From Candidatus Marinacidobacterales bacterium (GTDB lineage Bacteria > Acidobacteriota > Vicinamibacteria > Marinacidobacterales > DATDRI01), in the NCBI GenBank assembly GCA_965226495.1, contig OZ245365.1:4416001-4480000 (forward strand): DNA of 64,000 bases. Reading direction: 5' to 3'. The position numbers were made by a program, and so were the translations under genes. The notes below the pieces were generated by a model. The model worked only from the letters and a program-made list of their open reading frames with translations, was not told where the DNA came from and ran no database searches. This document shows, one piece after another, positions 37,792 through 47,549 of this stretch; positions within the stretch are counted from its first letter, which is position 1, and every line of letters begins with the position of its first letter.

Positions 37792-38478
37792 TTAGGGTAC
37801 CAAAGGTCCCCATTTGTCGATGTACGCGTCCCGGCAGCTCCGATCCAGGGTGATGCGCTGCCGGGGAACGTCTGAAACCTCGCCGTGGCCACACCCTCGC
37901 TGCTCATTGTCAGACTTACGCTTTTCCGAAGACACAGCACAATCGAAACCAGTCCCAGAACGCCTCGCGATGATACGGACGGGCGCCCTTGAATGCCAAT
38001 GGACCGCAGCACACCCTGGCTCCTCGCCCACTTCTATGAACTTGGACGTAGGATACGCGTCCCCTGAAAAAATCAGTACGTCTACCGTTATGGGCTCGGT
38101 AACTTTCCGGAATCCTTCGAAATCGATGCCTCCACTGTTTCCGGAAATCCCGAACGTTTGCGAGGTCGTTTCGAACTCCACGTCGGGCGGAAAGTCAGAA
38201 ATGGTAACCGTATAGGTCCCTGGGAAGTTCTCGTCGAAGACGTAGTGACCCCCTGTTCCTGTTGTCTGGATCTCGGGCGACGACATCGACTCGGAGGTCA
38301 GTGTCACGGTGATGTTCCTTGCCCCGACATTGTCTATCCTCACGAAGCCGCCAACGGCTCCGAGCACGCCCAGGATATCGTTCGGACCGAACATCTCTTC
38401 ATGTTTTTCGCAGTCCGCGGCAATGAGTGTAAGCACGATCAAGATCCCAAAAAGGAACTTTTTCATACACGCCATCAT
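37792..38478 (-). CDS. Secreted or lipid-anchored hypothetical protein with a carboxypeptidase-regulatory/transthyretin-like Ig domain and Cys-containing C-terminus
   Basis: AAGGAGA RBS; signal 'MKKFLFGILIVLTLIAADC'; 'TTG..G.Y.F....PGTYTVTI' motif. Confidence 0.6.
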   Translation of the reverse strand: MMACMKKFLFGILIVLTLIAADCEKHEEMFGPNDILGVLGAVGGFVRIDNVGARNITVTLTSESMSSPEIQTTGTGGHYVFDENFPGTYTVTISDFPPDVEFETTSQTFGISGNSGGIDFEGFRKVTEPITVDVLIFSGDAYPTSKFIEVGEEPGCAAVHWHSRAPVRIIARRSGTGFDCAVSSEKRKSDNEQRGCGHGEVSDVPRQRITLDRSCRDAYIDKWGPLVP

Positions 38479-38674
38479 CGTCTCCTTTTCCCCGAGCTGA
38501 GAGCTTCTCGCGGAACGAGGCTTCGACCGCCACAGGCGAACGTGAGCGCCTATTGGTCTGTTATGGTCAGTGCCACGGTTACCGGGCACCGCTTTAGGTT
38601 TGTTTATTAGATTTTTACCAGTATACGGAACCGGTTCGGGTTTTGCAATAGAGTTTGAGCCGAAACAACCGAAC

Positions 38675-38705
38675 TTTGCCCGGGCGAGATTTTCGCCCGG
38701 GCAAA
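38675..38705. repeat. Hairpin made of two GCCCGGGC-core units (REP-like or terminator)
   Basis: TTTGCCCGGGCGA-gattt-TCGCCCGGGCAAA, 13-bp perfect stem just downstream of the 38725 gene. Confidence 0.75.
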
Positions 38706-38724
38706 ATTATCGCGGGACGGAGGT

Positions 38725-39150
38725 TTAATTCGACTCGAGGTGCTCCCTACCCTGGGCGATGATGGGTAGGACGTCGTTCTTCCCCACGAACTCGTAGACC
38801 GTTAGGCCCTGTCGCAGCAGAGCGACTTCGCCCTTCATCGTTTTCAACTTTGTCATCAATTTGTCGGCATTCGCTTGGTCCGGCGTGCTGATGACGTTGA
38901 GCTGAACCCTTTTTCCGTTCACGTCATAGAGGGTGTTTCGAAGACTACTGAGGCTCACACCGAGCTTCTGAGCGATTTGCTTGGTCTGATCCACAGGGGC
39001 ATCAAAGTCTGAGACAACTTTCCAGTCAGCGGGCATTTCCGGAGCCGGTGGCGCTTTGGAGATTGTTTCGCTGCCATTGGCAGAACATGCCGCGAAGCAA
39101 ACGAGAATCCCTAATGCGGCCAACCACAACATTTCGGTTCTTTTGTACAC
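38725..39150 (-). CDS. Small lipoprotein, hypothetical
   Basis: GAGAGG RBS before GTG 39150; lipobox FAAC; last gene of the ECF operon. Confidence 0.65.
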   Translation of the reverse strand: MYKRTEMLWLAALGILVCFAACSANGSETISKAPPAPEMPADWKVVSDFDAPVDQTKQIAQKLGVSLSSLRNTLYDVNGKRVQLNVISTPDQANADKLMTKLKTMKGEVALLRQGLTVYEFVGKNDVLPIIAQGREHLESN

Positions 39151-39170
39151 AGCGGACCTCTCTTTCCTGT

Positions 39171-42100
39171 TTAGGACGATGGCTTCTGGTCGGCGAACGA
39201 GTGTCGGAGTTGAGCGACATACGCCTTCCCATGACGGGCCGCGAGACCTAGCCCCACGAGCACAGAAAGCACCATGGGGAGGGTGGCGCTCACGTGATAG
39301 AAGCCGATGGTGACAAGCAGAATGACGGCACCGATGCCGGCAACTGCAAGGGCCCGCCGCTGCTCGAGGCGAGCGTCTCCGCGTCGTGACAACCAGATGC
39401 CGGTCCAGAAAAGTCCGATGCCCAACAGGTTTACGAGCTGTCCGGTGAACGCTCCCCCGGCGGACGCGTAAGGCACGGAGAACCATGCATCATGGTCCGA
39501 TTGGTTGGCGTAGAGTTTCTCGAAAGCGTAGTGCACACCGGACGTCGGAACGGTGATACGGAGCGGCTCCAGAGCTTGCTGCGCGCCAGCCGCGTCCCCG
39601 AGCTTGGCGAACTCGGCCTCGAGCTCGCTCGCGGAGACCGGCGCTCCGACTCTCACGATATCCATGTTCGTTGAAGGAGCTCCATAGCGCATCTCAGCCG
39701 GCAGAAAGGCGTCCCAGCGGGATTCGGTCACCAGGATGTCCGGGCGCGGTAGGGCGGCGGCGACTTTACCGAGGCGACGGATCCCATCGCCCTCGGTGGC
39801 GTAGACGATCTGGACCGGGAAGCCTCGGGTCGAGTTGAGGATCTTGATGAGAACGCTCGAGGTCTCCTCTTCGTCGTCACCGTCGGAACGAGCCGGGTTC
39901 TCCTGTTTTCCATTCACGAAGACCGACCAGATCTGTGATCCTTCCGGAAGCTGCACACGCAGGAACTGCTTGCGGCTGTTTCGCACGACGAAGTTTGCCG
40001 TTGTAACGAAAAGGCCGTCCCGTGTAAAAAGCGTTCGGTAATCGGCGCGATCGATGACCGCTTCCTGCGTACCCAGCACGCGATGGCGAGTCACGTTGAG
40101 TGCCAAGCGGTGCGGTGGATCGGCATGGACGTACTTGTAGGCCAAGAGGATAGGGTTGGTGGTTCGCAGAACAAGCTGCTGAGGAAGCTCTTTGATATCG
40201 AGCGCGGAGAGTTGCTCGGTTGCGGCCGGCTGGACCTCCACTGCACTCAAGGCCTCGACAGCGATGCGGCCTTGCTCCACTTCGGCGCCCCGAACCGTCA
40301 ACGTCGGGACCTCGACTTCGGACGCATCATCGACCAGGATACGTTCGTAAGTAAGCTCGATACGGAATTGCCCTTCCATTTCTTGCGTGAACTCGATGCT
40401 GACGAGCTGCGCGTCGTCTTGCGGATTGACCGCGTAGGTGCGTAGCGACGGGGCGGTGAGACTCAAGAGGTTGATCCCCTCGGGAAGCTCGAGCTCGAGC
40501 GTGCTGACTCGACCCGACTTCAAGTGAATCTCCAAACTCGCCGCCCCCGTCAAGGTCACCTCACCGAGAGAGATCAGCGTGTCGACCTGAGCATCGAATT
40601 TACCTTGCACCACTTCCGGGGTCGACGTTTCGACCATGACCCGAGGGAGCGCATCGGCGTACTTGAACGTGTGGGCGATGGTCATCGTCACCTCGTCGCG
40701 GACGAAAGCAGGAAGTTGATTTTCGCCCACCCGCGTCGCTTGGGTCTCGTCCGGCTCGCCCACTGGACTCAAGGCGAGGTCGTGACTGGCGAGAAGTGCC
40801 AGCATCCCCTTTTGGCGTTGCACACCCGCAGCCAGGAAGAGTGGTGCCTGAATGCCGCCTTGCTCGGCACCGGGAGCCAAGGAGCGGTCGTAGAAAATGT
40901 CGAACAGAAGCTGTCCTTTCAATTGACGGTCGAGAAAAACTGTCACCGTCCTAGGCGCACCCCGTCGCGTAGAGGGTGCCAGTCGCCAGTCTGCCACCGC
41001 ACCCGACTCTGCGCTGATGCGATTGATCTGAACGTCATCCGGCACCGCGAGCTCGATCACATGGGTCTCACCGCGATTGACCTCGTACTGCACGGTGAGC
41101 CTTCCGTTGAGCACGCCTTCTTCCGCATGAAGAACGTGATAGAGAGACGCGTTCGAGCGCACCTCGGCCCTGATGTTCTCCGGCACCGCCTCCGACCAGG
41201 AAAAAGACACGTGGCCGGTAAGGGGCACATGAACCGTGGCTACTGTCGCTCCATCTCGGATGCGGCTCCTAACGCTGGCGGCCGGCGTCACGCTGAGCTC
41301 CTTTTTTCCGGGAAGCGTTAGGTCCTGAAACTCACGCGAAGCGTGACGGGTACTTTAGGAACCTCGAGATTCACGCGCGGAGGGCCGTCCCCGCTGACCA
41401 CCGGTACCTGAAACTCGACGACGACACTGTGTACGCCGCGCCCTTTGACCAGAGTCACGAAACGATCGCCTTTCACCAGAATCGGAGCGTCCTTCCCATC
41501 AACCTTCAGGTTGCTCATCGTCACGCTTTGCGGCAAAAGAGAAAGAGTCGCCGTCTCGTCGCTGAAGAGCTCGACGCTGAGTTTTCCTGACCAGTCCACG
41601 GCGTTCCCGACCAGACGGCCGGAATAGCTCGCTCGGCTGATGGTGTGTCCTGTCCGAGCGGGCGTCCGCCAGGAAATCTGCACGCCGGATGTCGTGGGGA
41701 TCGTCGCACTGACTCTCGTGGTGTTGCCGCTTGGGGAGATTTGGACTCCCGCTGCGGGGATGAGAGCCACGTCGAGCCCAGTGCCGGGAAGACTCGCCGT
41801 CAACTGAGTGGCTGCCGCTTGGGGCAGGGGCACCGCCAAGGAGAAGCCGGCGTCGGAGCGCATCGCATCGACGCGGTACAAGAGGTTCATAGTGTAAGAA
41901 CCCGATTTCTTGGTGCTCCACGCGAGTCCGTCGGGTGTCGCGAGCAACTGGATAGGGTTCCCTCCAATCGTGGCGGCTTCGACCGGAGTGCCGGCGGGTA
42001 GGACCGGTACGAGGACCCAATCGTCTTCCAAGACGTCGATCGTGAGGTCGACCCGGATCTGTCCGCTGACGCGAGGCTCAGTGGCCGCGACTTGAACGGA

Positions 42101-42307
42101 GACTCTTGCATTACCCAGCGCGTAGCTGGCGGGCGCCAGACGCGGTAGCCGCGACGGGTCGCGCGACTTCTCGAGCAATGCCTTGTAGACCTCGAGCGGA
42201 AGCTGAACCTGCCCGGTCTTGTCATCTTCCACTTGTACTGCTTCCGCTGCCAGGCCCAGTGAGGGAAAGAGCAGCAAGAAAGCCAGCAAGAGTGTTTGGG
42301 TCTTCAT
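39171..42307 (-). pseudogene. Large exported beta-rich protein (about 1040 aa) with C-terminal TM helices, split by a frameshift near 41310-41345
   Basis: ORF 42307..41318 has a signal peptide; the frame of ORF 41291..39171 extends upstream as DLTLPGKKELSVTPAA and has no convincing start, so the two read as one gene. Confidence 0.65.
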
Positions 42308-42349
42308 CGTCGTTACCTCGTGTCGTTAGTTGCCTGCGACAACCTCACG

Positions 42350-44911
42350 CTAGTTAATCGGCGGTTGGGGCTGTACCTTCAATCGAGCTGCATAACGCAG
42401 CGAGTCCGACAAATAATTCCGTGGTCCTGGCTGCTCCACCACCTGCGTGCCGAGGAGCGTCGTGTATTCGTTCAGCATCGCGATGTCGCGGGCTAGATCT
42501 CCATTTTGAAGTCCTGGGAGCTCCAGACGGAGTCCCGTCAACAAACCGTTAAACTCCGTCAAGAGGCGCGTGGCTTCGGCTTGATTCGCTTGAGCGAGCG
42601 CAACCCCCGCCTCCTCGAGAACCGCGGACAGGCGCTGGGCGAGTAAGTTCTTCAGCACGTTGTACTCGAGGGGTCCGGCTGCCTTTTGTTGGCGTTCGAG
42701 CGCGAGGCGAGCTCGCGACACTCCGTTTCGCAGGAAAGCTAGATCCTTGTACCGAACGGTCACATCGGCGATGGCCCCTGGCCCGGAAGCCACCACGTCG
42801 AGCACGATGGCATGTTCATCGCCGGCGTAGAAATTGGGAATCACGATCTGGATACCCTCTTCATCCTCGCCGCGATCGGCTTCGATGCCGAGGTTGCGCG
42901 ACAGTCGGAGGTCGACACTTTGTTCGGCTTCTCGGACCTTTTGCGCCCGGACTTCGTCCAGCCGTTCCGAGCCAAGCACGTCTACCAACTTGACGCCGCG
43001 CGCCAATCGGATCCGCAAGCGAACGGCTCTCGCAACGACACGACTCGCGGCAGAAAGCTCCAGGTCGACCAGACCCGCCGCCTCCGAACCGAGCTCCAAC
43101 AAGCGGCGGTTTCCCTGACCGGCAAGCGCCACGCGCTCGAGCTCGTTCGGGGTGACATTGCCTCCCACTCCCACGACGCTCAAGGGAATCCCAGCCACCG
43201 CACTCTGATGGGCGAGACCCGAGAGCGTCCCGGTCGCGTCGCCGAGGGACTGGCTCGTGACCAAAAGTACCAGGCTGCTGCCTAGAACAGCGGTAGGGTC
43301 GTCGTCTTGGTTGACGCTCTGGATCGCCTTCGCGGCAGCGCCGGCGAGTGTCAGCGTTGGGTCATCAAAAGGCGCGACAGACTCTGCAGGCCCGAAGAAT
43401 CGGTTCCATGTAACGGCGATGGTCCCGTGACGAAAGTCGTCCGGTTCCAACACCAAGCCTCCGGGGCGGCCTGCGACGACGAGCCGGAATCGATCTCCGA
43501 GCTCCTTGGCCTCGTTGAGCGCCAGAAGTAAAGCGCGCATGCTCGCGGCTATGTCCACTGGAATCTCACCGCGCAAATCGAGAACGACTCCGACGTTCAT
43601 CGCCGGACGGCGCCCGGCGTGCCGCTCGATGGCCTTGAGGCCAATCTGCACCAAGAAGCGATTCTCCCCGGAGAGTCCCCGCCGATCTGCGTGCAGGTAG
43701 ACGGCCACTGCCGCATTGTCCGGGGAGTCAAAAGGCTGAGGCGTCGGCCGCACCGCGTTGTGAAGGCGAAGTGGTGTCGTTGTGTAGGACGCGAGAGCCG
43801 CAGGGTCATATTGCCGTAGACGTGCCTGGAGAAACCGCGTTGCGGGATCACCAGGTAGATAGGTATTGGCCCAGTAGCCCTTGGCGTCCTTGAACGTGAG
43901 GCCGTCGAGCGAAGCTCGTTCGGCGAGAAAGGCCAGCGCCGCTTCGCGGGGCACTGCACCACTCAGACCAAACTGGTCATCGCCTCCAACGCTTTGGCCA
44001 ACGCCGACGGCTTCGCCAGACTTGAGTCGACTCTTCTTGCCGATGGATTCAGTGAGACTGGTCTCTCCGGTTGTCGTGACGATCTCGTCCTTAGAGTCAA
44101 CCGAGCCCTTGGTGGGGGCGTTTTCAAACCCGCCCCGATAGTAGGATCGCGAGCGGCGGTCAGCGAATTCGACGCGTCCGCCTGCGACGCCCGCAATATC
44201 GGAATCGCGCTTGTCAAAGAACTCTCGTTCCTCATCGGAGGTGTCGGAATACCGTTCGCCCGACGCTCTCGGCGGCTGTGTATCGCTCGGCTTCAGAGCC
44301 AGAGTTGGGACCGAGCTCGAGGGTTTCTTGTTCAACTTCTGTTCTTTAAACGACGGTCGAGGTGGCTGGGTGGCTGGAAGACTCTTGAGCGCATCAACTC
44401 TCGCCTCACCGCGCCCGCCTTCGCGATGAGCCTCTTGCTCGGTCGGGGAGAAGTGTCGTGCCGCAAGACGCTTTCTCTCTTGATCGTCTTTCTCTTGGCG
44501 GTTCCGTTGGACCATGTTCGCAACTTCCGGTTCTCTCGAATAACTAGATCGCCCCCTAGTAAGCAAGCTCATCATAGAAGCCATCGCTACTCCCGCAACG
44601 ACCGCAGCAGCAGCGACGCCGGCCCATCGAACCCGGCCAGAGGAATGAGCTCGTTCCGGTCTCGTCGGGGTTACGCTTACGTCGCCGCTCTCGCGAAGCT
44701 CCGGCCTCGCGAGAAGTTTCTCGACGACATCACTAGGGGCGTCGACCACGGGCATTTCCCGCAAGCTGTCGTTCAGCTCGCTAAGCGTCTCGAGGAAGGA
44801 AAAGCACTCGGTGCATTCCTTGAGATGCTGCTGTGCTCCCTCGTTCTCACGGACGGCCTGCGGCCCCTCGGCAGCGAGCATGTCCTGCAATTCTTTGCAG
44901 ATGGATTTCAT
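42350..44911 (-). CDS. Anti-sigma-like protein: N-terminal HxxxCxxC zinc motif, TM helix, low-complexity linker, VWA-like domain
   Basis: ATG 44911 overlaps the sigma stop; HLKECTEC; TM 'WAGVAAAAVVAGVAM'; 'RRPAMNVGVVLD', 'VLLVTS', 'LSVVGVG...LERVALAGQG'. Confidence 0.75.
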   Translation of the reverse strand: MKSICKELQDMLAAEGPQAVRENEGAQQHLKECTECFSFLETLSELNDSLREMPVVDAPSDVVEKLLARPELRESGDVSVTPTRPERAHSSGRVRWAGVAAAAVVAGVAMASMMSLLTRGRSSYSREPEVANMVQRNRQEKDDQERKRLAARHFSPTEQEAHREGGRGEARVDALKSLPATQPPRPSFKEQKLNKKPSSSVPTLALKPSDTQPPRASGERYSDTSDEEREFFDKRDSDIAGVAGGRVEFADRRSRSYYRGGFENAPTKGSVDSKDEIVTTTGETSLTESIGKKSRLKSGEAVGVGQSVGGDDQFGLSGAVPREAALAFLAERASLDGLTFKDAKGYWANTYLPGDPATRFLQARLRQYDPAALASYTTTPLRLHNAVRPTPQPFDSPDNAAVAVYLHADRRGLSGENRFLVQIGLKAIERHAGRRPAMNVGVVLDLRGEIPVDIAASMRALLLALNEAKELGDRFRLVVAGRPGGLVLEPDDFRHGTIAVTWNRFFGPAESVAPFDDPTLTLAGAAAKAIQSVNQDDDPTAVLGSSLVLLVTSQSLGDATGTLSGLAHQSAVAGIPLSVVGVGGNVTPNELERVALAGQGNRRLLELGSEAAGLVDLELSAASRVVARAVRLRIRLARGVKLVDVLGSERLDEVRAQKVREAEQSVDLRLSRNLGIEADRGEDEEGIQIVIPNFYAGDEHAIVLDVVASGPGAIADVTVRYKDLAFLRNGVSRARLALERQQKAAGPLEYNVLKNLLAQRLSAVLEEAGVALAQANQAEATRLLTEFNGLLTGLRLELPGLQNGDLARDIAMLNEYTTLLGTQVVEQPGPRNYLSDSLRYAARLKVQPQPPIN

Positions 44912-45564
44912 GAGGATTCCCTTTGCAAGACGGCATTGCGCCGCGCCAACTTGTCGACGAGCGTGAGGCGAGCGCGCCTCAAGTGGGTCTTGACTGTGTT
45001 GAGTGGCAGTTCCAGCGCGGCGGCGATATCTTTTTGCGCCAAGTTCTCGATACACGCGAGCACGAGGACCTCACGCTGCATGAGAGGAAGTTTACGGATC
45101 TCTTCCTCGAGCCACGTCGCCATTTGCCTTGCAACGGCCACGCGTTCTCCGTCGGGCGCCGGATCCGGAACCTCTCGCCGTGACTCCATGAAAACAAGCT
45201 CTTTGACTCGCTGCTTGCGGTGATGCGTTCGCACGGTGTTGGCCACGATCGTGAAAAGCCACGGATGGAGAGGACGCTCGCTCTGAAATTGCCCTGCCGC
45301 ACGATGCACCTTGATGAAAATGTCTTGGAACACGTCGTCTCGATCCGATTCCCCGACCCCACACCGAACGAGGTACGAGTAAACGGGCGCTCGGTACCTG
45401 GCTACGAGTTTTGGGAAGGCGGAGGCATCGCCATCACGGTGGCGTAGGAGGAGCTCTCGCTCGTCCGATAGGCCGCGCTCGCTCCGCGCCGCCGCGTTCG
45501 CTTCCTGGATCATCGCCTCACCATAGGTCTCGACAGTCTCAACAGGCTCAACGGGCCCCCGCAT
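44908..45564 (-). CDS. ECF RNA polymerase sigma factor
   Basis: 'D.SAF..LV.RY', 'DDVFQDIF', 'WLFTIVAN', 'LPLMQREVLVL', 'IAAALELPLNTVKTHLRRAR'; start uncertain (45564 or 45513). Confidence 0.93.
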   Translation of the reverse strand: MRGPVEPVETVETYGEAMIQEANAAARSERGLSDERELLLRHRDGDASAFPKLVARYRAPVYSYLVRCGVGESDRDDVFQDIFIKVHRAAGQFQSERPLHPWLFTIVANTVRTHHRKQRVKELVFMESRREVPDPAPDGERVAVARQMATWLEEEIRKLPLMQREVLVLACIENLAQKDIAAALELPLNTVKTHLRRARLTLVDKLARRNAVLQRESS

Positions 45565-45577
45565 ATCTACTGAGGCA

Positions 45578-45603
45578 TACAAACCAAAGCCGGAAAGGTT
45601 TCA
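45578..45603 (-). promoter_or_regulatory. Candidate ECF-type autoregulatory promoter
   Basis: TGAAAC-N16-TGTA on the minus strand, 13 nt upstream of ATG 45564; close to the SigW-type TGAAAC-N16-CGTA consensus. Confidence 0.6.
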
Positions 45604-45729
45604 GGAAAAACTGGGTTTTTCGGGATTTCTTCTATGGTAACACGTTACCGGAGAGGGCTATAGGCTTGTAAGGTATTGAAGAACAACGCCTTATAAAGAA
45701 TCGTACCGGCTTCGCTTTGAACGCCGGAT

Positions 45730-45950
45730 TTATCCACCAGCGAATTGGGGACCTAACACGGAGTCAAGCAGGCTTAGGAGCTCCCGGCTGCTGCCTACAT
45801 AGAGGACGATGACCTTGCCGAATTTGTAGAAGTGCGGAGTGGAAACCCAATTGATGATCGTCGTACCCACTGAGGAACCGTCCGGTGAGACACGAGCTCC
45901 TTCTCCCTGAGCCGCCGCCGCGTTCTCATACTCGAGCGTAACGTTTCTCG
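45730..45950 (-). pseudogene. C-terminal fragment of a hypothetical protein
   Basis: Protein-like '...EYENAAAAQGEGARVSPDGSSVG...WVSTPHFYK.G.VIVLYVG...LGPQFAGG*' with no plausible start or RBS upstream. Confidence 0.5.
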
Positions 45951-46262
45951 ACGAGGCTGAACGCCAAGCGCTATCCACACCCGACAGTCAAGCGTGTCCG
46001 GCGACTTCTTTTCCGTCCGGACGAAGGACGTGGCCCTGCAAGAATGAAGATCGTTGAGAAAAATAATTCATTTTTGGCTTGACAGCCTTTTCGAAGCGAC
46101 ATTAAAAACATGGGAGGTCCGATCTGGAGTGGGTCTGTACGCGCGATAAAGAAACCACAGTCACTCGCGTTTGCTTTGATAGACGTCGAAAGTGTCTCGC
46201 TGCGTGCGCGTGCAACACGGGCGTGCACAGAGCGTCGAAAAAGTCCATGCTATAAATGGCGT

Positions 46263-47549
46263 ATGAACAAAAAAGACGAATTGAAATCGCTTTCCCGACT
46301 ATCGGATGACGAGCTTCTTGTTCGACTGTCGAAGGTTTTGAAACAGTCGCGGCGTGTCGAGTCGGTTCTCGTTGCCCATATCGCCGAAGTCGATGCACGC
46401 CGACTGTTTGCCCGTGAAGCATCGTCATCGATGTTTCAGTATTGCGTCGACGTGTTGCACTTGTCCGAGGCAGAAGCCTACCTACGGATAGCCGCCGCAC
46501 GTGCATCGCGCCGATATCCGGCGCTGCTGACGATGCTCGACGATGGGCGTCTTCACTTGAGTGGCATTGCGGTGCTGGCGCCGCATCTTACCGACGCCAA
46601 TTGCGAGGAGCTCTTGGCTCGAGCAACCCACAAGACCAAGCGCGAGCTCCTGCTGCTGGTGGCGGAGATTGAGCCGAAACCGGATGTCTTACCCTCCATC
46701 CGGAAGCTTCCGCAGCGGCGTCCGAAACCGGCAAACGAACACCGTACGTCAGGCGCCGAGAGTGCCCCGTCCGGCCCGTCTGGAAAAAGTAGTCCAGCCC
46801 CTGAACCCGAGCCCGCCCCGGCTCCCGAAACGGCTGACAAGCCGCCGGTCGTCGAGCCGCTGGCGCCTGCGCGCTACAGAGTGCAGTTCCCCGCGAGTGC
46901 CGAGCTTCACGACAAGCTCCAACGGCTCGCGGCGCTCATGCCGGGTGCCGACCTCGCTTCCATGATCGAAGCGTCGGTGACGGAGAAACTCGAACGGCTC
47001 GAGGCCAAGCGCCTCGGCAAAGTCAAAAATCCGAGAAAGAGCCTCGAAAACGCTGACACGTCGCCGGGAGCGCGCGGAATCCCCGCTCCGGTGAAGCGTT
47101 TCGTGTGGGCGCGCGATCAGGCTCAGTGCACGTTTGAGAGCAGCAATGGTAGACGATGTCCTGAGCGCCTAGGGCTGCAGTTCCATCACCACGATCCCTA
47201 CGGGCTCGGCGGCGATCGAAGTGCCGACAATGTCAGACTCTTGTGTCGTCCTCACAATCTCTACATGGCGGAGATGGACTACGGCAAAGACAAAATGGAG
47301 GAGTACCGGCGTTCCGCCGACCGGGTCGGTGAACCGAAGCCGTCGTTTCCACTCTTTCCGGACAGAGCTCAAGAAACGCCGCCCCTTCGTGCTGCCCTGC
47401 AACTCGCAACGAAGGAAGGAAGCCATCATCTCGTCGGGACGAGGCGCTCCAGCTCCCCGAACCAGTTGAGGACGACGTTGATTTGCGTGGGTCCCGAGCT
47501 CTCTTCGGCTCGAACCATCAGAAACCTGCCATCCGGCGCTACGTCGTAG
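46263..47549 (+). CDS. HNH endonuclease with a helical (DUF222-like) N-terminal region; probable selfish element
   Basis: 'RFVWARDQAQCTF....RRC.....LQFHH..P...GG....DNVRLLC..HN'; N-terminal 'LSDDELL..L...HIAEVDARRLF...SSMFQYC..VL.LSE.EAY.RI.AAR'; ATG 46263 follows TGcTATAAAT. Confidence 0.85.
   Translation: MNKKDELKSLSRLSDDELLVRLSKVLKQSRRVESVLVAHIAEVDARRLFAREASSSMFQYCVDVLHLSEAEAYLRIAAARASRRYPALLTMLDDGRLHLSGIAVLAPHLTDANCEELLARATHKTKRELLLLVAEIEPKPDVLPSIRKLPQRRPKPANEHRTSGAESAPSGPSGKSSPAPEPEPAPAPETADKPPVVEPLAPARYRVQFPASAELHDKLQRLAALMPGADLASMIEASVTEKLERLEAKRLGKVKNPRKSLENADTSPGARGIPAPVKRFVWARDQAQCTFESSNGRRCPERLGLQFHHHDPYGLGGDRSADNVRLLCRPHNLYMAEMDYGKDKMEEYRRSADRVGEPKPSFPLFPDRAQETPPLRAALQLATKEGSHHLVGTRRSSSPNQLRTTLICVGPELSSARTIRNLPSGATS

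Noticed and set aside
41318-42307. Independent 329-aa gene followed by a separate 706-aa gene
   Set aside because: The downstream frame continues upstream without a signal peptide or clear start, so a single frameshifted gene is more likely
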